From the NCBI GenBank assembly GCA_965242925.1, contig CBDEUM010000029.1, positions 96,001 to 160,000 on the forward strand: a DNA stretch of 64,000 nt, written 5' to 3'. The position numbers were made by a program, and so were the translations under genes. Below the pieces are notes generated by a model, which saw nothing but the letters and a program-made list of their open reading frames with translations, was not told where the DNA came from and ran no database searches. This DNA comes from Roseibacillus sp. (GTDB lineage Bacteria > Verrucomicrobiota > Verrucomicrobiia > Verrucomicrobiales > Akkermansiaceae). Positions 51,555-60,832 of this stretch are shown in pieces (positions within the stretch are counted from its first letter, which is position 1; the number at the start of each line of letters is the position of its first letter).

Positions 51555-51635
51555 TGCTATAAAACCCGCAATAAAAATGTTAGAAAAACAGCAGAAAACG
51601 ATTGACGACTGGATCTAATTGCTGTTTTTTTAGCA
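51555..51635. promoter_or_regulatory. Three 16-bp imperfect palindromes TGCT-N8-AGCA, candidate BlaI-family operators
   Basis: TGCTATAAAACCCGCA (51555-70), TGTTAGAAAAACAGCA (51578-93) and TGCTGTTTTTTTAGCA (51620-35) in an AT-rich divergent intergenic region. Confidence 0.65.
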
Positions 51636-51638
51636 TAG

Positions 51639-52514
51639 ATGAAAGCAAAAGTGTCCCCGTGGTGGAACGGTTGTTGGGGTCTGGTGCTGGGACTGCCCCT
51701 GTTTCTGAACAGCTGTGCTTCCTATGATCCCCCGGCGCCGGGTGCCGTTCAGGGGGAGACTTCCCGGAACCTACCGGTGGGGGACTCGTCGGAGCAGCGG
51801 GCCTTGGGTTCTCCCGGGGATAATGCCCTGGCGGCCTCGCCTGAATATTTCCGCAAGCCCACTCCGCGGCCCGGGTATGCTACCTCCTGGGGGGCCTCCA
51901 TTGCCTCACGGATGACCTATACGAGTTTCCGGCGGTCGAGCGACACGCCGCACGGGGGCATAGCCAGCATTTACTACAATGACAAGCGGGGAGTAGAGGA
52001 GATGACCAGGAGGGGCGACTACACTTCGACAGGAAGAAAGCGGGCCGCCAATGGGCTGGTGGAGTGGGGGATGCGAAGTGGGTTCGGGATCATGCGGAAC
52101 CACCATGCCGACGGGAAGCGCTATGTAGTTGGTCGCAAGAATGCGAGGTATTCCATCTCGGTGAAGAACAACTCGCGGGCCCGCCTGGAGGTTGTGCTGA
52201 GTGTTGATGGATTGGACGTGGTGGACGGAAAGTCCGCCAGTGTGAGGAAGCGGGGTTACATCGTGTGGCCGGAACAGACCATCGAGATCAAAGGGTGGCG
52301 GTCCAGTGAGAAGGAAGTGGCGTCCTTTGTGTTTTCCCCGGTGGCCGGATCCTACTCCAATCTCAGGCACGGGGAGAACCGCAACGTGGGTGTGGTGGGG
52401 CTGGCAGTGTTCACCGAGAAGGGCATCGATCCCTGGAGCGGACGGGCAGCGGACGGGCACAATCGCTTCGCGGCCTCGCCCTTTGCTGAGGCTCCCGCGA
52501 GCCGCGCACGTTAG
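51639..52514 (+). CDS. Hypothetical lipoprotein
   Basis: Lipobox-like FLNSC; conserved-looking C-terminal domain RYSISVKN...VVLSVDGLDV...RGY...GWR...NVGVVGLAVF. Confidence 0.78.
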   Translation: MKAKVSPWWNGCWGLVLGLPLFLNSCASYDPPAPGAVQGETSRNLPVGDSSEQRALGSPGDNALAASPEYFRKPTPRPGYATSWGASIASRMTYTSFRRSSDTPHGGIASIYYNDKRGVEEMTRRGDYTSTGRKRAANGLVEWGMRSGFGIMRNHHADGKRYVVGRKNARYSISVKNNSRARLEVVLSVDGLDVVDGKSASVRKRGYIVWPEQTIEIKGWRSSEKEVASFVFSPVAGSYSNLRHGENRNVGVVGLAVFTEKGIDPWSGRAADGHNRFAASPFAEAPASRAR

Positions 52515-52557
52515 CTTTGCCGGGGTGCCCCGCGTTTCATGGTCTGGCTTCCGGGAC

Positions 52558-53064
52558 TCATGTCCCCGGTCTTGTTTCCGGGACCGGGTCTTCCCTGGTC
52601 TCATAGAGCATGAAGCCGCGGCGCTGGTAGTTGGGCAGGGCATTGGGATGGTCCTGATCGCAGGTGTGCAGCCAGACGTGGTGGACCGCTCCGAGGGTCC
52701 AGGCGTAGCGCACCACCAGGTCGAGAGAGGCACCACCCAGGCCCTTGCCCTGGGAGGGGCCTAGCAGTCCGAAACTCAGGATTTCCACGTCACCCTCGCG
52801 GTTGATCAATTCCCCGTAGCCAATGTCCTCTCCATCCATGACGAGCACCACGGTGCTGACCGGATTGGCCTTGAGGTAGTCGTCCCAGCGCCGGGTAGTC
52901 CATTCCGCGCAGGCAGTCCAGTTCCAGGCTCCGCCCACGTCCTTGTAGAAGCGCTCGTTCACCGCGCCGTCGGGCGGATCGATGACGCGAAGGCACAGGC
53001 TCTTCCTGGGGGTGGCCGCGACGAGCTCATCCGGCGATGTCATCTGCAGGTAGTAGGTCTTCAT
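52558..53064 (-). CDS. GNAT family N-acetyltransferase
   Basis: FGLLGPSQGKGLGG acetyl-CoA motif; VWLHTCDQDHPNALPNYQRRGF. Confidence 0.9.
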   Translation of the reverse strand: MKTYYLQMTSPDELVAATPRKSLCLRVIDPPDGAVNERFYKDVGGAWNWTACAEWTTRRWDDYLKANPVSTVVLVMDGEDIGYGELINREGDVEILSFGLLGPSQGKGLGGASLDLVVRYAWTLGAVHHVWLHTCDQDHPNALPNYQRRGFMLYETREDPVPETRPGT

Positions 53065-53207
53065 CAGGATCCCAAGGGGTGGGACGATGTGAGATCAAGC
53101 GGAGGATTGCCAGCCTCGTGGATACAAAGGCGGGATCTGACTTCTCCCCATCTGGATTTCCGGACTTTTGAGCTTTCCGACTTTCGGGATTTCGGTTTAC
53201 GATGGCC

Positions 53208-53619
53208 GTCCACTCCCCGGGCGATCGCGGGGGTTCCGTTTCGGCGGGAACCTCGAGGAAAGTCCGGACACCACAGGGCAGCGCGCCTCGTGAAAGCGGG
53301 GGCCGGGCCGGTGCAAGCCGACCCGGACGGAAAGTGCAGCAGAAAAAATACCGCCCCGAGTTTCGGCAAAGGGTAAGGGTGAAATGGTGGGGTAAGAGCC
53401 CACCGCTCCGAGGGTAACCGAGGGGGCACGGCAAACCCCGCGTGGTGCAAGACAGAACAGGGGAAGGGCTGCCCGCCCGCAGCATTCCCGGGTATTAGTC
53501 GCACCCCGCTTCGGCGGGGTCCAGCCGCTGCAAGGCGGATGGAAGAGAAATGATCGCCACCCCACGCGGGTCGCAAGGTCCGCCGAGGGGGACAGAATCC
53601 GGCTTACAGGGGAGTGGAC
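53208..53619 (+). ncRNA. rnpB: RNase P RNA (bacterial type A)
   Basis: GAGGAAAGTCCGG, GGGTGAAATGGTGGGGTAAGAGCCCACC, GGCAAACCCC, ACAGAATCCGGCTTAC; P1 helix GTCCACTCCCC/GGGGAGTGGAC. Confidence 0.97.
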
Positions 53620-53712
53620 TGTCCCGGGCCGGAAGGCGGGGGCAGGCTCGGACTTCCGGGCCATGCCTCAAATCCAGATTGCGCCTTGCGAATTGTGGAT
53701 TTAACTAATCCC

Positions 53713-54789
53713 GTGTCTGAGTCGACCGAGTTTCTCTTCAAGTCGCGGGATCTTCCGGAGGGGCTGGGGCCCATGACGGTGAAGGAACTGCGCCAGGGTC
53801 TGCGGCGGGGCATGTTCATTTATCCCTTCATCGGAATCCATCTTCTGGCGGTGGTGGCCATGGCGGTTGAATTCAAGATGCAGGAGGTCGAGAAGTTTAC
53901 CGAGTTTGCCGGTGTGCTCAACCTGCTTCTCTTCCTTCCCGGGGGGATGTTCTCGGGAGTTTTCTGGGCGGTGACCGGAGCGGTCTGCCTCTTGTTCATG
54001 CCGCTGGGCGGACTCGCCCTCATGGGGCAGGAACTGGAAAAGGGCAACCACGAGCTTCTGCTCATGACTCCCCTCTCACGCTGGAAGGTGGTGCGTGGGA
54101 AGTTCCTTGCGCTCTGGGGTCTCTGCCTGCTCACGTTCTCGTCCCTCCTGCCCTACCTCATCGTGCGCTATCTCATCGGTGGAATCGATGTCTGGCGTAA
54201 CGTCGCAATGGCGCTCACAGTCGTTCTTTTCTCCGGGATGATGGCGGCGGCGGCGATCGGAGCCTCCTCCTTCACCGGGATTGCGGCCCGTATTGGCATC
54301 CTCATTCTCTTCCTGGGATCCATGCTGTTTTCCCTGGGCACAGTGGCCCTGGCAACTGGAGTGGTGACCAAGCACGCGGGAGTGGTCTTTCACCTCAACA
54401 CCCTTTCGGTGGCCTTCTGCTACCTCACCTTCGGGCTGGCCCTGGCACGTTCGCGGATTCGACTGGCAGTGCACCAGTACGAGATCAAGCCGAGCTGGAT
54501 GATCATCGGCCTTCTTATCCTCACTCCCTTTGTGGTCCTCATGGCGACCTTCATGACGTTATTCCATGCGGGAGGAGTGGGGCTGATTGGAATGGGCTTG
54601 GTGGGATGGTTTGCGGACCGGAGCCCCAAGGCGCCCAAGTGGGTGCAGGCCCCGGCGGCCAATATCCCGGGGATGGCTCCCCCGACTGGTATTCCGGGGT
54701 CACAGCCACCAGCGCCGGCTGGAAGTCCGCCCCCCCTGCCTCCCGGTCCGGATCCCGGTGCCGGGGAAGAAAAGGAAGGGGGATTGTAG
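53713..54789 (+). CDS. ABC-2-type permease-like membrane protein with Pro-rich tail (start uncertain)
   Basis: VKELRQGLR; QELEKGNHELLLMTPLSRWKVVRGKF motif; multiple TM helices. Confidence 0.72.
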   Translation: MSESTEFLFKSRDLPEGLGPMTVKELRQGLRRGMFIYPFIGIHLLAVVAMAVEFKMQEVEKFTEFAGVLNLLLFLPGGMFSGVFWAVTGAVCLLFMPLGGLALMGQELEKGNHELLLMTPLSRWKVVRGKFLALWGLCLLTFSSLLPYLIVRYLIGGIDVWRNVAMALTVVLFSGMMAAAAIGASSFTGIAARIGILILFLGSMLFSLGTVALATGVVTKHAGVVFHLNTLSVAFCYLTFGLALARSRIRLAVHQYEIKPSWMIIGLLILTPFVVLMATFMTLFHAGGVGLIGMGLVGWFADRSPKAPKWVQAPAANIPGMAPPTGIPGSQPPAPAGSPPPLPPGPDPGAGEEKEGGL

Positions 54790-54919
54790 GGGTTTCCCCC
54801 TTGCGAGAGGCAGGGATGGAGCATCCGTGCCCGGGCAGGAAGCGCATCATTTCTCTCGATGTTCTGAAAAAGAAGAATCGATTTCCAGTGAGAGGCCAGT
54901 TGGGCTAGAAACTCTTTTC

Positions 54920-57604
54920 GTGCCAGAGGCGGATCAGGAAGTGGAAGCAGATGGTCACGAGCCGGACCGGCGGAACTGGGTCTCGTTCTGGAGCCTGATG
55001 GGCCTGCAGGCCCAGAACGCGTTCAACGACAAGGCGCTGCAGTTCACCCTGGTTCCCCTGGGCGTGTGGGTTGCCGCAGCGGCTGGCGCAGGGTGGGGAG
55101 CTTGGCTGCCCCACGTGCTGGGGATGCTCATTCTTCTTCCCTTTATTCTGTTTGCGCCCCTCGCAGGGTGGGCCTCGGATACGTTTTCCAAGACTCGCGT
55201 CATTCGTCTTACGGCGTGGCTGCAGTTGGTTGTATTCGCGGTCGTTCTCTTCTCCTTCAAGGTGGAGGGCATTCGTCTTGCGGTGGCCTGTTTCTTTTTC
55301 CTCGCGGTGCAGTCTACGATCCTGAGCCCGGCCAAGAACGGGATCATCAAGGAGTTGGTCGGGTCCACGCGCTTGGGATTTGCCAGTGGCATCATGCAGA
55401 TGTTCACCATCCTGGCGATCCTTGCGGGACAGATCCTCATTGGTATCTGGTTTTCGGCCCGCTTGGAATCCTCGGGAAGCGGTTGGGACGCAGGTCGTGT
55501 CCCGATGGTTCTGATCTGCCTTGGGGCGATCGTGACCCTGGTCATGGCGTATTCGATTCAGGTGATGCCTGCCCAGGCGAAGAAGCCCTTCCGCGCGGCG
55601 TTGCTAGTGTCTCACTTTCAACAGCTGAGCCAGCTTCTGAAGTCGAAGCCGCTTCGGCTCAGTGCTCTTGGCATCGCATATTTCTGGGCCTTCGGGGCCG
55701 TGGTGCAGTTCATCACCCTGCAGATTGCGGGGGAGCTTTATCCTGACGGGCATCCGAATTTCGGCCGGGCAACGTCCTATATGATGCTGGCGGCCAGTGG
55801 CGGGATTGGGATCGGCAGCGTTTTTGGGGCCATCATCAACAAGCGTCACATCGAACTGGGGCTCAACCCACTCGGGGGGATCATCATGACGGTGGCCAGC
55901 CTCCTGATCATCCTGGCCCCCCCGGAGTCCTGGTTTTTCTATACCGTTCTCGCCTTTGCGGGGCTGGGCGCTGCCTTTTTCTTCGTTCCGATCAATGCCT
56001 TCCTGCAGGACCAGTGCGATCCGGATCAGCGGGGGAACATTCTGGCCGGCTCCGCTCTTCTCAACTGTCTGGCGATGGCTGGGGCGGTGATCCTCCAGTT
56101 CGTGATGATGAAGGTGGGTTTGGAGACCCACATCCAGTTTCTTCTCCTGGCCCTGGTGTCCATTGCGGCGACCTGGTACGTCATGCGGCTCCTCCCGCGC
56201 GCTTTCGTGAAGATGCTCGTCTTCAGTGCCCTGCGCGCCTTCTACCGCATCGAGGCAATTTACCCCGGGCGCATGCCGGAGAAGGGCGGCATCCTGCTCA
56301 CTCCGAATCACGTCAGCTATCTCGATGCCCTGGTTCTCACTGCCGCCAGCCCCCGGCCGGTCCGATTTCTGATGGTGAGCTACTATTTCGATAAGCCCCT
56401 GGTCGGGAAGGTTGCCAAGCTCTTCGATACTGTCCCGATTTCCAGCATGCGTGCCAAGGATGCCATCAAGGTCGCAGCCGAGTCCGTGAGGGAGGGCAAC
56501 GTAGTCTGCATTTTCCCGGAGGGGGAATTATCCCGCAGCGGATTCATGGGTGAATTCAAGCGCGGCTTCGAACTGATCGCCCGCAAGGCGGACTGTCTTG
56601 TGCAACCGGTCTACCTCGATGGGCTCTGGAAATCCATTTTCTCCGCTGAGCGCGGAAAGTATTTCTGGAAGATGCCGCGGGCCATTCCCTTCGGGGTGCG
56701 GGTGGCCTTCGGGGAGGCACGGGCGGCGCAGGACTATAGGGCCAGGGACGTCAGACGGGAACTCAACAGCCTGGCGGGGGAGGTCTTTGCCCGGCGGCGC
56801 GAGTCCGCTGGGAAGGTGAAGGAGTTCCTCCTTCAGCAGAGCAAGCCCGGGGATCGAGCTCTCCTCTGGGTGCACGGGGGACAGGTCTGCTCCTGCAGTT
56901 GGGAGGAGGTGCTGAACCTCCTCGATCAGGGAGGAGATCCCGTCCGCGTGGCGGCGGGCCATCCTGGTGCGCAGCAGTGGCTGGAGGATTGGCTTGCGCT
57001 GGATGAATTGAGCGAGCGGGAATGGCGTGGCCTGTTGATCAATGCCCACCAACTGATGGATCTCCACAACCTCGGGGATGGGAAGGCGGTGGTGACTCTC
57101 GATGCGTCAGCTTCACCGGCCGTGCGCCGGGTCTGGGGCATGCTCCTGCCGGTCCTTACTCGTAGCGAGACCGTTGTCCTCGGGCCGGAGGATGGGCCTT
57201 CCGAACTGGGGACACTGCGCGGGGGAAAGATCGTCCTGCGTGACCTGGTCGGGACGACCCGGATGCGCGAGGTCCTGCAGGAGGCGCAGGCAGAGGACCA
57301 TTCCATGGTGCTCTACCAGTTCGGGGGAGGACCGCAGCAGGCTGAGGATGCCGGGCGCGGCATCTTCGCGGCTTATGAAACAGCGGGCCGGGTGCTCAGT
57401 TTTTCGATGCCACCCGATCCCATCATCCTCAAGGGTGATGAAGCACACCCGGGCTGGAAGGAACATTCCTATGGACGGCTGCTCGCCGGATTCGTGGTGC
57501 GCAGTTGCGAGGGGGGAGTGGAAGTGAGTGGGGAGATGTTTCCCGGGGCCATCGAATTGCCGAACTGGTCAGTGGACGAGCGGGGATTTCTCTCGCAGTC
57601 GTGA
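54920..57604 (+). CDS. Aas-like fusion: MFS lysophospholipid transporter (LplT-like) + PlsC-type acyltransferase + degenerate acyl-ACP synthetase-like domain
   Basis: QNAFNDK, LPFILFAPLAG, SPAKNGIIKE (LplT-like); NHVSYLD and IFPEG (PlsC). GTG start assumed near 54920. Confidence 0.82.
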   Translation: MPEADQEVEADGHEPDRRNWVSFWSLMGLQAQNAFNDKALQFTLVPLGVWVAAAAGAGWGAWLPHVLGMLILLPFILFAPLAGWASDTFSKTRVIRLTAWLQLVVFAVVLFSFKVEGIRLAVACFFFLAVQSTILSPAKNGIIKELVGSTRLGFASGIMQMFTILAILAGQILIGIWFSARLESSGSGWDAGRVPMVLICLGAIVTLVMAYSIQVMPAQAKKPFRAALLVSHFQQLSQLLKSKPLRLSALGIAYFWAFGAVVQFITLQIAGELYPDGHPNFGRATSYMMLAASGGIGIGSVFGAIINKRHIELGLNPLGGIIMTVASLLIILAPPESWFFYTVLAFAGLGAAFFFVPINAFLQDQCDPDQRGNILAGSALLNCLAMAGAVILQFVMMKVGLETHIQFLLLALVSIAATWYVMRLLPRAFVKMLVFSALRAFYRIEAIYPGRMPEKGGILLTPNHVSYLDALVLTAASPRPVRFLMVSYYFDKPLVGKVAKLFDTVPISSMRAKDAIKVAAESVREGNVVCIFPEGELSRSGFMGEFKRGFELIARKADCLVQPVYLDGLWKSIFSAERGKYFWKMPRAIPFGVRVAFGEARAAQDYRARDVRRELNSLAGEVFARRRESAGKVKEFLLQQSKPGDRALLWVHGGQVCSCSWEEVLNLLDQGGDPVRVAAGHPGAQQWLEDWLALDELSEREWRGLLINAHQLMDLHNLGDGKAVVTLDASASPAVRRVWGMLLPVLTRSETVVLGPEDGPSELGTLRGGKIVLRDLVGTTRMREVLQEAQAEDHSMVLYQFGGGPQQAEDAGRGIFAAYETAGRVLSFSMPPDPIILKGDEAHPGWKEHSYGRLLAGFVVRSCEGGVEVSGEMFPGAIELPNWSVDERGFLSQS

Positions 57605-57718
57605 TCATGGCCGGGAAGGCGAGACGCCTGCTCTCCCTGCTATGCAAAACGCGCGCGGTCTCCTGCGCGCGCCTTGTTCTTGGACGATAAGAACCTGCTC
57701 GGGGAATTTTTCTCGGGC

Positions 57719-58327
57719 CTATTCGCTGCTGAGCTGTTTGAGCAGTTCACTGACGGCCTTGCCCACTTCAAACTTGTTGTCGGGAAGCTGCACGGTGGTG
57801 GCTTCGGCATCGGGATTGGCGTAGCCCTCGATGTTGCCTGCCTTGCCGTCGATGATGATGGTGATCCCTTCCGCGGCGGGTTCGCCGCTGATGTCCTGCC
57901 TGATGGAGGCCACCGCGGGATCGAGGACCGCCTTGATGGCATCTGCAGTTGCGGGTTCGAAACCGTAAAGAATGATGGTTGCAGCCGGGTTGGCAGGGAC
58001 TTCCTGATCGTTGCCCCGCATCCCCCCATTGAGCGGATCGGTGCGGTCCGGTATGAGGAGGAAGGCGGCTACCGCGATCAGGGCGACGGCCGCGAGAGCT
58101 CCACTGAATTGCGGTTGCGCGAAGAGACGTGATATCCTGGTGAAGAGGGACTCACTGCGTTCCTCCGTGGGAGCGGGAGTGGGGGCGAGACCCTTTCCGT
58201 ACTGGTCCCGGATGCGGTCGCGGAGGTCCCCGGGCAGGGAAGGCACATCATCGGCCTCCTCAGAGCGGAAGCTCTGGGCCAGAAGGGCCTTCAGCTCTTC
58301 GTGCTTGTCGGAAGGCTCAGTTTTCAT
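57719..58327 (-). CDS. Single-pass membrane protein, probable anti-sigma factor
   Basis: Helical N-terminus, one TM (GALAAVALIAVAAFLLI), xRG motif after the TM; directly downstream of a sigma-like gene. Confidence 0.55.
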   Translation of the reverse strand: MKTEPSDKHEELKALLAQSFRSEEADDVPSLPGDLRDRIRDQYGKGLAPTPAPTEERSESLFTRISRLFAQPQFSGALAAVALIAVAAFLLIPDRTDPLNGGMRGNDQEVPANPAATIILYGFEPATADAIKAVLDPAVASIRQDISGEPAAEGITIIIDGKAGNIEGYANPDAEATTVQLPDNKFEVGKAVSELLKQLSSE

Positions 58328-58367
58328 CGTCCTGTACCCCTCCAACCGCACGGGAATCCGGTCATTT

Positions 58368-59309
58368 TCAACTTAACAGACATTTTTGCAGCTTTCCGAG
58401 GGCTTCTTCCAGCGCTTCATTGAGAATTCGGCGTTTCTTGGAAATCGAATGATCAGGATCAAGGCCCAGTTGTTCAAGGATTTGGGGGTCTTCACAGAGC
58501 TCACCCATGGTGGCGCTCTGGGCGACGTAAACAGTGAAAATGAGGCGCCACTGGCACTCGTTGAGAACCTCTCCACACTGCCGGTAGATTTCGTCGAAAC
58601 TAAGCTGCCCAAGGCCCCGGTCCGGGTCGGCGCTCTCGTCCTCGAACTGCATGGCCCCGTCTTCCCGCTCGGTGAGGTCTTCAAAGGAACTCTGGGTATT
58701 GGGCTGATTCTTCAGAGCCCCCTGTTTCCGGCGCCAGTCGATGGCCCGGAACTGGATCATCTTGGAAAAGAGGGGGATGACTTCCTCAAAGACCACGATG
58801 GCCTCGACGGGAGCCTTGCCGTCCTTGGCCCGCTCGCGGGCAAGTTCAGCGAAGGTTTCCAGGTAGACGTCCTCCGCGTCCTGGTTGCCCAGTCCCTTTC
58901 GGAGGAGAAGGTGGAATCCGAAGGGTCGCAGGATGGGATCGAGTTCGTTCCATTCACGGTCAGAAAAGCCTCCTCCTTCCTTCTTTTGCAGGCGATCGAG
59001 GTCGAGATTCTTCTCATAGCGTCCGTCCGCCGGATCGTGACAGACCTGCGGATCGGACTGCGCGGTGCGATCGGTTGCCACGTTGTGGCGGGCGTGATCG
59101 TGGGCGCCCTCCAGGGCCTCGGCCGAAAATTCGGCGTCAGAGGGACGTAGCTTGTAGCGATCAAGGAGGTTCTCGAAGATTCCGCTCGCCAGTGCTCCCG
59201 CGGCTTCGTCGGGGATAAGGACACCCTCGACCGGCCTCTTGGCCCGGCGATAAGTCGCGCGCCAGAGTTTCTCGAAGAACTCAGGATCAGGCTCACCGGA
59301 GCGATTCAT
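58368..59309 (-). CDS. Atypical ECF-like RNA polymerase sigma factor with N-terminal extension
   Basis: sigma2-like QDAEDVYLETFAEL...FRAIDWRRKQ; sigma4-like LNECQWRLIFTVY...TMGEL...ALGKLQKCL. Confidence 0.65.
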   Translation of the reverse strand: MNRSGEPDPEFFEKLWRATYRRAKRPVEGVLIPDEAAGALASGIFENLLDRYKLRPSDAEFSAEALEGAHDHARHNVATDRTAQSDPQVCHDPADGRYEKNLDLDRLQKKEGGGFSDREWNELDPILRPFGFHLLLRKGLGNQDAEDVYLETFAELARERAKDGKAPVEAIVVFEEVIPLFSKMIQFRAIDWRRKQGALKNQPNTQSSFEDLTEREDGAMQFEDESADPDRGLGQLSFDEIYRQCGEVLNECQWRLIFTVYVAQSATMGELCEDPQILEQLGLDPDHSISKKRRILNEALEEALGKLQKCLLS

Positions 59310-59456
59310 AGCAAGTCCCCCCACGGGACGTTCCTAGGAAACAATGTCCAACTCCCCTAAAGCAAGGACCGTTTCCGGGAGTCTGGTCATCCGTGCTTCC
59401 GGGATCCCGGGCAAAAAAAATGAAAATCGCTTCCTGCCCTGTCCGGTTGGGGTATC

Positions 59457-60713
59457 GTGCTTCATATGTGGTCAGGAGGTCGCTCCCTCAGATTAATTGC
59501 TGTGGCTGGTGTCTTCGCGGGTTCGCTGGGCACCGCCACGGGCCAAACCCCCCTATGCGACCATCAGCATCCGGGTAACCCAACATTGATCTCAGGGGCG
59601 GCCTCCTGTTTCTACAATGAAGCGACCGGGGGGCAGACCCTCATCCAGCTCGGGGACGCCAGCATCATTCGCTGGGACAGTCTTGCTCTTGAGGATTCTG
59701 GCAGCAGCCTGACCTTCGAATGGCTTGGTCCGGCCGATTCCGCCCCCACGGTTCTCAACCGGGTGGAGCAGGGGGGACGTCAGGAAGCGGTCCTCGGTGG
59801 CACGCTCTCCTTTTCGAATGGCAACCTGATCATCACTCATCCCAATACCGGATTAAACATCTTTGGCACGGTGGAGGCCGGTGCGGTCACCATCGTGACC
59901 CACAACCTGGATTCGCTGGCCGAGATGCAGTTGCTCAGTGGAGAGGCTGCGGACTTCACCAATGCCTCCGTCAGCAGTCGACTCAATGTCATGGGAGGAA
60001 AGGTGGTGGCGACCTCCGGTGACGTGGTGCTTGGTGGGCCCGCGGTATCCATTATCGGGGGCGGGGACTCCGGTCAGGACGAAGGGAGTGAGATTCTGGC
60101 GCCTGCCGGTTCGATCCGGATCTTCGGCGGCCAGAACTTCAGGCTCTTGCCGCAGGATGTTCCTGCCGGTACCTCCCGGATTGAGCGGCTGCCGGGAAGC
60201 GCCAACGGAAACGTGTTCAATTCACAGACGGTTCGGGCCGAGCGGATGGTAGAGATAGTGGCCGAGAGCGATATCAGGAATAACGGCACTTTGCAGGCCG
60301 ACGGACTGGGTGGCGTGGTGATGATGCGGGTGGACGCGAATGGGACCCTCGCAAATGAGGAGGATGCCCTTGTTTCCGCTGATATCATTGTTCCCTTTCC
60401 CCCTCCCGGACCCGGAACGGTCATTCATCCCGATCGCGGGGATGCCCCCTCTCCCCTGAGTACCGGCTTGAGCCGTATTCCGGTTGTAGCCAGTCCGGGA
60501 CAGGGAGAGAGTTCCAAGCGCGTGGTCCTGCGTGAGTCGGCTCCCGTCACCGGCAGTGCAAGCGCCCAGCGGCAACGGGCCAACCGATCCCGGGGTGAAT
60601 CTTCCAATCGTAACAGTGCTCTCGCCGGCAATACCACGCGAGGCAGTGGACATCTCGCGCGGGGCCGTAGTTTCTTCGGAGTGCGGGGAGGGACGAAGGC
60701 AAAGAAACCCTGA
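59457..60713 (+). CDS. Short exported protein with filamentous-haemagglutinin (TPS secretion)-like N-terminal domain
   Basis: Signal peptide; SIIRWDS, VLNRV, GTL..NGNLIITHPNTG..GTV.AG resemble the haemagglutination-activity domain; beta-helix-like repeats follow. Confidence 0.65.
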   Translation: MLHMWSGGRSLRLIAVAGVFAGSLGTATGQTPLCDHQHPGNPTLISGAASCFYNEATGGQTLIQLGDASIIRWDSLALEDSGSSLTFEWLGPADSAPTVLNRVEQGGRQEAVLGGTLSFSNGNLIITHPNTGLNIFGTVEAGAVTIVTHNLDSLAEMQLLSGEAADFTNASVSSRLNVMGGKVVATSGDVVLGGPAVSIIGGGDSGQDEGSEILAPAGSIRIFGGQNFRLLPQDVPAGTSRIERLPGSANGNVFNSQTVRAERMVEIVAESDIRNNGTLQADGLGGVVMMRVDANGTLANEEDALVSADIIVPFPPPGPGTVIHPDRGDAPSPLSTGLSRIPVVASPGQGESSKRVVLRESAPVTGSASAQRQRANRSRGESSNRNSALAGNTTRGSGHLARGRSFFGVRGGTKAKKP

Positions 60714-60794
60714 GGCGCGACTCTTCATTCAGTCGGTCGCCTCCGCTCCGCTGGTCCACGGCCTGGGAGGGGAGTTTATTCCCGCCTGCATCTT

Positions 60795-60832
60795 TAAAAG
60801 AGAAGGGGGAGAACCGAAGTTCTCCCCCCTCT
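60795..60832 (-). terminator. Rho-independent terminator on the minus strand
   Basis: Minus strand AGAGGGGGGAGAAC-TTCG-GTTCTCCCCCTTCT then CTTTT. The 14-bp stem contains a G-U pair that is an A-C mismatch on the plus strand. Confidence 0.75.

Noticed and set aside
53027..53664. ORFs overlapping 53.0-53.7 kb
   Set aside because: They overlap the clearly identified RNase P RNA.
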